A model generated the notes under the pieces. It saw only the letters and a program-made list of their open reading frames with translations. It was not told the origin of the DNA and made no database searches. Below are positions 53,071 to 64,000 of a DNA stretch of 64,000 nt, piece by piece. Within the stretch, counting starts at the first letter, position 1; each line of letters opens with the position of its first letter. Source of the stretch: Ylistrum balloti (Eukaryota); NCBI RefSeq assembly GCF_031769215.1, contig NW_026782025.1:124001-188000 (forward strand), in the 5' to 3' direction. The position numbers were made by a program, and so were the translations under genes.

Positions 53071-54059
53071 AAGTGATTGGCGATTCCCGACACATATATG
53101 TACAGCTGTATGTAGACTGCATCAAGTGTGAGGAATGCTATTTCAAATAAACCTATACAAGTGTTCATGTACTCACCTGAAAGGTATTGGTGAATCCATG
53201 CACATATATTACATTTCAATAGTAATTGATATCAGCCTACCAACAGGAGTACAATTGAATAGACATTCCGTGAGATGTAAGAGATATTATTCTGGCCACT
53301 TGTATCATTGCTGATATAAGAACAATAATTAATTATTTAGATCATTCACCTCTACATATCTATAAAGCAAATGTTAATTAATTAAATCTGTAATTCCGAT
53401 GCATTCGCATTATCAGAATATCGCCTCTTCTCACCAAATATAACAATAATGACCTCGTCTGATTGGAAATCCCATTATCCTTTGCGCGTCAACATCCATA
53501 GGGTAGTAGGTTATTACACCCACATTAAATGAATTACATTATCACTAATTTCCTAACAAAATACAAAGTGTTTCTGGTCTACATATTCCATGTACAGTAT
53601 ACTAAATATCGATTTCATTTATTTTTTTCTATTTATCTACGTATCTTTTTATGCGTATGTATGTGTTGAGATCAATGTCTTTCTGGATGATTTGTTTATT
53701 ACGAAATAAGAAACTTGCAAACTGTAAATCTTTCTAACCGTAATCACTGGTTATATCTAAAAGGTAGATATAAATCAAGACTTTCATAGAACAACGGTGA
53801 ATGGATCATATGTATTTGTTCCATAAACCGTCCTCAATGTAACATGCCCATTTAAACTGAGACGCAGTCAGTGTGACGTTTTATATAGAGAAAACGTGTG
53901 AAATGTGCAAGATGTCGATTATTAGGACAGGATTATAATAATGGTAACAACCGACTTAACAACATAATTACACCTAGAATCTTTTGGACTTGAAGGGAAG
54001 TTGTGTCCATTGTCGGCCTTCGTTCTCTATATTTGTCATAACCTGTTTTGTCAGGTTTT

Positions 54060-54720
54060 CATCGATTCAAATATTTGAGCTGTTCAGAATATGCACATAT
54101 AAATAACTTTTTAGAAAGGGGTATATCCTGAAATGTCGTTTACTACTTATCCAAATGTCTACCTAGCGGGATGTTTTGCGTTTCTGGTGAGCGAATCTGC
54201 TGTCGGTGGACTCGCACCTCTTATTCAGAGAGAGAAAGAGAGAGAGAGTTTCCCGTCTGTGCAATATAGTTTTCAAGGCAAGTTGGCAGGTAATACCGTA
54301 AATATGGCTCTTGTTGTAACAATTTAAGTCAGTTTGGCTTATATGTTTTCCGTTTTTCAATATTAAGTGTTGACATGTCCCGCATCTGGTATCTCCGCAC
54401 TTCGAATTCAGGTAGTTGTGTTGGTCGTTGACATCAAATTTGGCTTGAGTAAGTATTTTCTTGAAGTTCTGTGGATTGCCTTATACAGTGAAGAATATCT
54501 AATGACTTAATGACATCGCACATCTTTCTGCTTTCGTGTAATATGACAATATAATCTTTGGCAGTTTTGATCTGGTTTATGTGTCAATACAAACGGTATA
54601 TCGGTTTCGTTTGCTTGTCCAACTTCGGGCATTTTAAATTCTTCCAAGGGCATTGTTTTGGCGCGTTCAATACTTTTAGTAATTAATTGTTTGAGAAAAT
54701 ATAGCTCCAAACCCCAACGG
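54060..54720 (-). mobile_element. Penelope-like retroelement remnant (linker plus GIY-YIG endonuclease), frameshifted
   Basis: Fragments in order: KQLITKSIERAK...IPFVLTHKP; PQNFKKILTQAKF; KCGDTRCGTC; DLNCYNKSHIYGITCQ / CLENYIAQTGNSL (GIY...YIG equivalent); VRVHRQQIRSPETQNIPLGRHLD. Confidence 0.85.
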
Positions 54721-55496
54721 ATATAATAGCAATTTTGTGGCTTTTACCAAAATAAACATGTGTAGTGCATTTACACTTATCTGAACAATTTTTTATATCT
54801 CAATCGTGAACATAATTCCGACTTACCATTGCATGTACTAAAATAAAACTGTTTTCCGTCACTGCCGCATAGGCAAAAATATACGTGGTAGGTATATTAT
54901 GACAGTGGCCACGCCGGTTGCGGTATAAGGTGATTGACAAAGAAAATACACACACATACGTTTGAGACAAAAAATATTTGTTTTTCGCTAAAACAAATAA
55001 CCCATTGTTAAGCACAATAAGTTGACAACTGAAAGGAACACATGAAATGTATGAGCACTCCGGTTACTGATCTGATATATGGGATCTCACTTATCGTCCA
55101 ACGATTTACATGATCATATAACTTAAAGAAAAAAACCAACAACACTATGCATCACCATTCTTTTATTGATCTTTGAGTCAGATACAATATGAAAGTATGA
55201 GGTATATTTGAGGTGGTCATACATGCATAGTGACATCAGAATCACAATAAGCTGGGATCATTAATCAGGGACTGGGGTTAATAATAACATGTTTTTACCA
55301 CCCACTCATATACAAATCGTTGATATCAGCTTTTGTAGTATAACATTATCTACGACAACGATCAGTCTATCCTTTACACCGGAAGTTTATTCGATATTAT
55401 AAAACTGATTACCCGTATTGCAAATCCATGACTTAGTGCACTAGTTTGGTGTAATCGATGTTTCAGAGTTTAAGAGTAACATATTGTTATGTAATT

Positions 55497-58400
55497 TTAG
55501 TTACGACAAACTAGAACGGGACAACTGGCATGATGAATCACGTGATCGCTGACACTGCCGAGGAATGTTCGCCGGACTTTCCCGAGTCCTCGAGTCCCAG
55601 TTACTATGCAACCTGCTCCCACACGTTGTGCTACATCAACAATGACATGGCCTGGCTTCTGTGAGTATTCAACCTTAAACTCTGCCTGTATCTGTAATAG
55701 AAACCAATTGTATTTATCGCCGACGAACACCTCTGATATCACAATAGATTCAAAGCTTACTATGTATGCGCCATCTTGTGATTATCAAACTATGACTAGA
55801 CTGTAGACTTATGAAGGTATAAGATATTTGAATATAACGTTAAAATTATCAGTTTTGATATAAAATTATTTTTTATTTAATGATAGGCTCGATAATTAGT
55901 GTTCAACACAGTTTTCAATTTTTTGATATTACATATTTCAAAGGTATATCATTTTCTAGACAAAAAGTTAAGGATTATGATTTTTTCTGTCATTAAATGA
56001 ATAGAGCTTGACATTCATTGACCACTGTTTTATCACAAACGTATGCACAATAACTTTTCAGTAATGATTTGCCAACCCACAGTTAACGTGCGGCAAGACA
56101 TCTTGTAGCACAGGGTTAAAATCAAAATATCAATTGTTGTTTTATTGTCTTTGTAGACTAAACGTCAAATCAATCGACAACTTTAGTGTTTCTTCTGAAT
56201 GTCCTGTCATTTTGCATCCTGTTTTGAACGTCTGTTTGCATGATACGTCACATGACAGGTGCAGAGGCTGGCCGAGCAGTCGGAATGCTTAACGCAGGAT
56301 AATCACGACGAACTCTAGCTGCATTCTTCAGTGTCGATTGTGGCATCGATTGCAGATGACCGGAAACGTCACCGAGAGACCTTGATCGTTATTTGACCAT
56401 GTAAACATGAGACTGCTTTAGTGGCGGCCTATACACTTTTACTGATGAGCCCAGGTTTTGGTTGGACTTTCATGATGACAGGAGGCATGTTTGTCGTGGG
56501 TAGGGAGAGAGTTGTATGTGTGTTGATTGCTGTGTCACTGAGCATGACCGTTTTGTTGGGACCTCGGTAATGAATATGGTAACAAAGATCAGTTTTGAAA
56601 ATTGGCCTAACCTTTCACGTTACCTTCACCGGATCAAGCCTGCGCGGGACATGTAACATCAACTTATTACGCGGCATCCTGCCAACCGACAGGTGCTTGC
56701 TGATTGTCTTCGTCAAGAATGGTAACGAATTCCACAAATTGCCATACGGCGCCTGATTCGCAGCCGATGCTTAGCCGATGTCGTGCTTTTATTGGGGCCA
56801 GTGGAGGACATACTCACTATTGATATTGTGCTGAACTAAGTATTTTGGATTTTCAACGCCATTTGGATTTACTTATTTCAGAATGTTATGAGCTTTTTCT
56901 GTAATCGTACATGACACGCTTGAATGAAATTACTTCAAAGTGGATAATTTTTTTTTCTTGTTGTTTGACTTGCATTGCATATTCCAAAGGTATTTGTCTT
57001 TTGATACAAATAAATCTATATTTAAAAAGTGATTTCCTAAATGTGCCCAGTATATGATATGAAAAGTGGTCACGGAATTTAAAAGGCGCTTGAAACAAAC
57101 GTATATACGGGTATTAAAACTCGAAGGAAACATATGTATAGAAGAATTTAAGCTATTTAATTATTATGTGTTCCTTACAATTTATCGTAAGTTTGGTTAC
57201 ACATCGATGTTGAAAACATGACTTGGAATCGCCATAAAGAAACTTACCCCAGCGGCCGAGGCTTTGGCTAACCATTTGTCATGTAGAGCTTGGGTGTTTT
57301 CACTTACTTCTCTCTGTAGTTGCGTTACCCGACCAGGACCTGCAGTCAGTTATAGATGAATTACTAAAGCATTTCCGACTGTTTTGATGGGTAAGCCGTA
57401 CAATTCGTTATATCAAACAATACAGTCATCGGGTTAAATTAGGATAATAATCCAGTTGTTGGAAAATATTAAGAAATAAACTGTTACAATATATAAACCA
57501 CAATTACGAAATGTTATATATTATATTTTACATCGTAATTATATTCCATTCATTCGCTTGTATCTTTTGAACAATCTGTAGTCGGTATTTCACTGCTTAC
57601 AAGTAGGCTGTATATTTCATTCGTGCTTGGAAACAAGACCTTTCGTAACGGTCTAGACCTTAACTTGAAATAGATGAAATGAAAGCCAAAAATAGAATAC
57701 AATTTTGTTTTTACGTTTCATGAGACTGTTGAATATGTGTAAGAAAAAGCGAAGAACAAAAGGGGAGTATATTTGCTCTCGCAAACGACTTCCGTTATCA
57801 TTAAGCTACACCCGTTGAAGCCCTGTAACATTTTAACGCAGTGGTCGGCATTGGTTTCAGAAACTGTTTTGCATAAAAATCATTGTTTCATAACGAATCA
57901 GTAATATGATTAAATATCGTTAAAGGAATCAGAATACACTATCAGAGAACTTAATGATATGTATTTTGAAATCATCATCTTATCTTTTGCATTAGTAGAA
58001 ATCCAACACTGTTGGTTGGGCTGTTAAGGACAGATCGCGGGATTTAATTATATCTAATAATAACGTTGTTACAATATCAACGTCACATGTCAGCTTGTGA
58101 TGATTATTTGTCTGCAAACCTGTACCGGCCATAAATCGATGCTTATATTTACAAATTACTGACAATGAAACGCAAATGTAAATATGTCTTTTTATTTCCA
58201 TGCTTGACACCGTCAATCACACATAGCCTAGTCTGCTGATGTGGCTTTATATCGTAGGTGTAATAAGTAAATCTTTCAAACATATGATTCTTATATGTCC
58301 TAGTATTCGGAACTCCGGAATGGCTGGTATTCCAAGGGAGATTTCAATCATTAACAATTGAGTATTGTTAGGCTGTTTCATCTAATGCAGTTACAAAGGC

Positions 58401-61329
58401 GGATAAACACAAACAAATCACTGTCGTGCTTCCTAATAGAGACGCATGCGCAGACGGGTGTCTGTATGTTCTGGTGTGACCAAGATGAAACAACAGTTTG
58501 GTTGTAGGCGTTTAGACGAGCTACGAAATTGAGTTTCATCTGATTATAATCTGTATTAAGATAACAGGGTATATTTAAAATGATAGACAAAACACGTGAA
58601 CAATCGTCGGAAGCAGTTTTTGTATAGGGTTCAGAAATACAAGTTTTCAGGAATTAGCTAAATGTATTCCAGAGTAATTAACTACGAGTTCATACTTCAT
58701 CTTTAGGTCATCAGTATTTAAAATTCTTTATTAAGAGCCTATTTCAATCAGATTTAACATTCATTCAATCACTTTACCTAATGAACAGGTCACTTTTTCC
58801 ATTCCTGTTTTTTGATGATTTGAGGCACTTTGTGTGTATGATGGATGTTATGCCTTTTATCCATGTAATTATTGCGTTCGGAAATTTCATCCTGCAGGAA
58901 TACATTAATGTCTAACAGGTAATATTTTCTTCTTCCATGAAAAATCAAAACGATGTACATTTCTTCCCTTAAGTTTTATGATCATTCCGTAAATACATCT
59001 TTTTGTCCTGTGGCCCCAGGAAAACCATGAAAACTTTGCCAAGATTAATGAAACTGGATTAGTCATCGTCATTGACTTTTAATCTGTGCATGATTCGATA
59101 GGAGAACATGAAAGAATGCCAATACAATGAGGCTTAATTAGGGAAAAAACAGAAATCGTGGTTTTCTTTACCAAAGACAGAAACAAAGAATGGCTCTTAG
59201 TGCAAAATTAAAGTAATTGGTACATTGCTTACCGTTCAGAAATAAATGTAGATTTCACTCATTAATTCCATGATTCACTTAAAATGTAGAAACAAGTCAA
59301 TCTTAATGCGCTATATCTATATCGTTCCCTTATTAGTTCACTACTTCATTCAGTGACTATAATACACTCACTAACTCTCAGAAGAATGTCTTCAGCACAT
59401 CTTGATACCTGAGTACTGACGAACTAATTTATATCAATCTTACCTTTGTATCTTGTATGTTTCTGAAGTTTTGATTAATTTTACTTAAATGATGATATAT
59501 TGGAAAGGTCATACTACCAGTCTTCCATGCACGGACAACTGTAGACATAGGACATACTCATGTTTAAGTCGTTAAGGTATAACTCCGGACAATGGAGGAG
59601 GATTAATTGGTCTCCGGGCTTGTGGAACTTCTTCATGTACCCTGGCAATATATCAAATATTGATATTAATACATGTGTAATGATTTAACAATAACATCGA
59701 CATTAACCTTTGTTCCTCATTAGCCGAACTAGGTTTCAAATTATAGGACCTTAGCATCACTGACGAGTTTTAGAATGGCGAAACAGCTGTTTGATAGAGT
59801 TTATTTTATCATTGAGTCTCTCTGGAGCCCTGTAATTGCGATATACGATGTGTTATTATAAATATTCGTATTGAAAGTTGTCATTGTTTTGTTTCTGTTG
59901 TATTTGTATTGACTCTACGGATACGACCTTACAATAGCAATGTAGAGAAGTCCTTGATGACATTGAAACAGCCACAAATACATTATATACATACAAGGTC
60001 GCAAACACTTGCAGATACGTGCTCAACTAAATATGAGATTGGTGTAAGTGTCATGGGAACATATCTTATAAAAGGGTCATTAACCTGTATCCTGGGAGAC
60101 AACGTGTACCCGCTGAGATAGACAATCTGTACATTGGGAAACACGTTGTACCTGGAAGACAATCTGTTCCCTAGGAGACAGCACTTGGGAACAACCTGAA
60201 CCATTGAAACAAACATGCACCCTAGGGGATACCCTGTTCACTTGGATACAACCTTAACCCTTGAAAACAACCTGTATCCTTCCTGGGAGGCAACCCGTAC
60301 CCTGGGAGACAGTATGTATCCTGAAAAACAACCTGTACACTGGGTGACAACATGAACCGTTGAAACCAACATGTCCCCAAGGGGATACCCTGTATCCTTG
60401 GATACAACCTTAACCCTTGAAAACAACATGTATCTTGGGTGTCAACCTGTACACTGGAAGACAGCATATACCCGCGGAGACAACATGTACCCTGGGAGAC
60501 AACCTGTTTCTTTTCAAACAACATTTACCCTGGAGAAAAAATTCAAATGAACATACTGCGGTTTCATCCGTGGAGGTTTCTAGGTATATAGATTACGGCA
60601 CACCCCGGTGACTGAAACCCTACTATCAATGTCTACCATCTTTGGTAGTAGACAGCATGGCTTCACTGTTATACGCTGGACTTATAATCCATTTATTTTT
60701 CTTTGCTTTCCACGGAATATTATCTGAACTTTGTGTAGTGAAACAACTCTTTACACGACAGACTCAAAATATAAACGTTTAAACCTAGAGGGGTGAAAAG
60801 GAACCTTCACGGGGATTCAAGGTCGAAGTTTTGTAGAATATGCTTACGACATGACGAAAGAAGAATTAGACAGAAATATATCAAAATAATGAATTATTAA
60901 AAAAACGTCACAGCTGTTTCATCCTTCTGCGGTTCGCGGTGATGTTAGGAACCAAAAGTTTTAAATTAAGGTAATGACAACGAAATTCAAAATTTTCCTA
61001 AATACATCAATATCCTTCTAAGTCGATATGAATTCCTGTCACTTATATGAAACTTAAACTAGGGATATTAAGATTTATTTCAATAATCCATACCATGTCT
61101 ATGTAAACACGGCAGTGGTGACGACGCCGTAACAGAATACAGGGTCCTCAAAACAACAATGGATATCGTTAAGTTACATAAGGTATAGTTACTTGATGAC
61201 ATGGAGATTAGGTATGGCATTGTACAGCTTATTCTGAAATGTTACAAACTGCATGCAATACTTACAATCGAACGCGAAATCGGCATGATCGCTGCCATCC
61301 ACAGCCATTAACACGGGGGAGTTCGCCAT
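55497..61329 (-). CDS. Universal stress protein (USP/UspA domain), 144 aa
   Basis: complement join(61266-61329,59558-59641,57248-57339,55497-55691) = 435 nt, phase-consistent. MANSPVLMAVDGSDHADFAFDWY, GDQLILLHCPE, KPGHVIVDVA and IVTGTRGLGKVRRTFLGSVSDHVIHHASCPVLVCR. Confidence 0.93.
56255..56823 (+). mobile_element. Tc1-family transposase remnant (internally deleted, with stops) in USP intron
   Basis: GRAVGMLNAG (HTH start); FTDEPRF...EHDRFVGTSVM (first catalytic Asp region); LADCLRQEW*RIPQIAIRRLIRS...RCRAFIGASGGHTHY* (typical Tc1 C-terminus GGHTRY). Confidence 0.85.
59754..59797 (+). ncRNA. Candidate minimal type I hammerhead ribozyme, possibly degenerate
   Basis: GCATCA-CTGACGA-GTTTTAGAATGGC-GAAA-C-AGCT-G-TT-TGAT. 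Core CUGANGA at 59760-59766 and GAAA at 59780-59783. Stem III has the palindromic loop AGCT, the NUH triplet is GUU, and stem I pairs ATCA/TGAT. Stem II is weak. Confidence 0.45.
60084..60535. repeat. Degenerate 19-bp minisatellite with an approximately 156-bp higher-order period
   Basis: CAACCTGTACCCTGGGAGA-like units (CAAC at 60249/60268 and 60481/60500). The block GGGGATACCCTGT...GGATACAACCTTAACCCTTGAAAACAAC recurs at 60225 and 60381. Confidence 0.85.
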
Positions 61330-61794
61330 ATTTCTGATACGTAGCGTGGGTGTGGTGGTAGGGATCGTGGGTTTACAGAGATAGTGTTGTACTGACCGTC
61401 CTATTACTTGTAAATACCTGTAATGGATATAGGTCATCAGTACAGATATGGTTTTGTCCGAGGCCTAACAATGTCCCGTTAATATACACATATATATATA
61501 GCATTTATCCCAGTAGTTGTAACTACAACTTATGTAATGTCACGTCTTGGCCAGGTTGTGGAATACAATTATAAATAACCATGATAAATTCATAAATCAC
61601 GGGGTAAGTATAAGTTAAGGGTTCGATTTCAGTCCTCAGATTGTCACGTACTACCTATAACGAAATCAAACACGGTATACACAACATGCCACGGTAGTTA
61701 TTGGATAAAGATGTCTATGTGATAATGCATATTATTTATCATTCCAGGGTCACTAGTATAAGGCTGAAAAAATTCAGACATATCATTTCTGACA

Positions 61795-61890
61795 TTTTCT
61801 TTAGTTTTTCTTGTTTTTTGTTTTTGTTTTTTTTTTTTTTTTTGTTTTTTTGTTTGTTTGTTTTTTGTTTTTGTTTTTTGTTTTGTTTAT
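61795..61890. repeat. T/GT-rich low-complexity tract
   Basis: Directly visible. Confidence 0.8.
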
Positions 61891-64000
61891 GTGCTATCTT
61901 AAACCGCTAATAATTAACGAGTAATCATCGTTTTGTTTAGGGATTTTGGTCGTTTTTTTTATTCTTTTCTTTTTTTTTTTTTTTTTTTTTGGTTGGGGAG
62001 GACGGAGGGGTAGTATATCTTTCAATATGATTGGAAAATATTTCATGACAACCATTCTATTTTCAAATGCACATTTCAGGATTCATTTCATAACGCCTGA
62101 ATGTCCATTTCAATTAGGTTGTAAAGGTTTCCATGCATGTTTATCTACTGTAAGCGCGTCCTGGAAATTAAAATCATATATATGTATATGTGATTTATGG
62201 AAAGGTGTACCGTAATTGGCGGCGATGGTAATTGTCTTACAATCACGGATATACTGTGGATACTTTAAAGACTAGAACAGATTTAATGGAGGGTTGTTAT
62301 GCAAATTCAAATATTTGACTGGAAATGGCATGCATCACGTGTCCATTTTAATGTTATTGATGTTGTCATATAAACGACAAATGTGCGCCGTCAAAACAGG
62401 CGTTTCTTTTGACGGATTGCAATGTCGGAATGGATAATCCATCACAATTTCATTCGATATATAATCTTCACATGTCAAATGTAACAGATATGGCACTGAC
62501 AAGCCAGAGGTATTACAACATACAGAGACTGAGTAGTCTTACCAATTCGTTTTTGTTTTCGCGAAAATTGATTTACAATCAGTGGAGAGACTTTTGTTTG
62601 TAAGCATGGAAGAATTATGCTGATGATGAGACCGAGAAAATGTTGGAATTTCTGACTGGCAATAAAGTAGTTGCGTATACTGGTAAGATCTTTCAACAAG
62701 ACTATTGACATACCTGTGATAACAAACTGTATCACTGCTTTGGCTAACACATATTTCACACCAAATCCGAATTCAAGGAAGAGGTTATGAAAACACCTCA
62801 TTAAACATGTGCCAAATCCTTCAGACTTACTTTTAGATATAGCTATGCTGTCTTATCTTTAAATAACAAAACATTGATCACGTCATTTGTACATACCAGT
62901 CACAAGTGTGTGTTACATTATAGCCTAAATTTGGATCCAAAATCAAACGGATGCACTTGTTTTGTTGTGCTATTTTGCAATTCATCGTACATGTCATGAC
63001 GTCACAGCCAATTTATGACTGGCATAGCCAATGATATGTGGTATAACACACTAGTGACGTATACAAAAATATTACATTGACCGGTTAACACGGGAAACAG
63101 CCGATTATATGATGAAAGTATATTTTGCATGAGCCAGCTTGTATGTTTCGCCCAATACCTATTTTATAGATGTTTTAAATACTTTGAACGTCATTATTAC
63201 GATTAAATGCAACGACAGTGCTTCGAAAGAAATAGACCGCTTAATGTATCGATGTGATATAATCGATGAACTTGTTTTTGAGGAGTTATCTCCCATCAGT
63301 CAAAAAGGCAATATGTCTAACGCGATGTGGACGGCAAGGGAAGCAACTCGGTCACTCTTTATAATTTCCGTAATAGGTCATAATACAAGTGAAGTTAACT
63401 ACAAGGAAAGAAATTGATGTTATATTTTCCAGCGGTATGGATTACCGAAAATCGTTCCTATCTATACTCTAAATACCTAAATGTAACTATCAACAAGCAC
63501 ATATGTAATAGGTATCCGTAGATAATGTTCGTTACACTGAGAGCCTGTTGCTGGACTTTTAGTCTCCGAGGTTTTGCCATCATCTGGATGCCACGATTTT
63601 ATACTAATGAAAAGTTTCATGGTTCAGAATATACACATCTACGTGACGTTTAAAATTATCAGATACTGTTCCTAGGTATGAAAATTGTCAAGTTTATATA
63701 TATTTTCTTTGGTGAAATAAACACGCATCTATGATAAATACCTATGGTCACCCGACGAAATAAGCACCAGCTTACAAATAATCAACATGTTCAGATGAAG
63801 CATGAATAAGTCAGATACAGCTTGTGGTTTGGACTGAACTGACTAGAATATAACATGAAACAAGGAAGATGTTTTATAACAAAATTCTTGTGTTTGCCGT
63901 AAACAGATCACACACAAGGGATGAATATTCGGACCTAAGGCGCTCTGTTGAATCAACGGTATTCGTGTGAACAGGAACAACACTGTTTGATCACCATTCG

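Noticed and set aside
56442-56470. CTGATGA hammerhead core
   Set aside because: Explained by the Tc1 FTDE codons; no GAAA or stems follow.
58443-58452. Strong NRF1-like motif CGCATGCGCA in USP intron
   Set aside because: Isolated, far from any TSS, and this motif is common in invertebrate repeats.
61701-62215. Phe-rich ORFs
   Set aside because: Translations of T-rich low-complexity tracts.
62475-63417. ORFs near the window end and a donor-like ACTG|GTAAG near 62683
   Set aside because: No recognisable domain, no good acceptor and no consistent exon chain.

Overview
AT-rich eukaryotic (metazoan) genomic DNA with spliceosomal GT-AG introns. The repeat content and gene set suggest a bivalve-like mollusc (inference). 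One N-gap lies at 5535-5953. I assembled four multi-exon protein-coding genes by hand, each with consistent splice phases. (1) NRF1/erect-wing/P3A2 transcription factor (+, CDS 16471-22776, 475 aa). (2) An SSUH2 homolog (-, 27656-34897, 394 aa, ends CEIL). (3) An unannotated-looking Roc-COR (Roco-type) P-loop protein (-, 38094-53070, about 910 aa). It has no LRR, ankyrin or kinase domain in the exons found, has non-canonical G2/G3/G4 motifs, and ends in a CaaL prenylation motif (CVLL). (4) A universal stress protein (-, 55497-61329, 144 aa). Mobile DNA includes a 5'-truncated CR1/L2-group LINE with a 10-bp target-site duplication (10405-13641), three further copies or tails of that family, a Penelope-like GIY-YIG remnant, a Tc1 transposase remnant, a tRNA-SINE-like element and a candidate minimal type I hammerhead ribozyme. 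There are several tandem repeats, including a 39/78-bp intronic satellite whose monomer matches an exon/5'-splice-site junction of the Roco gene. The strongest novelty candidate is the prenylation-motif-bearing, G-motif-degenerate Roc-COR protein, which lies directly beside another CaaL-terminated gene.
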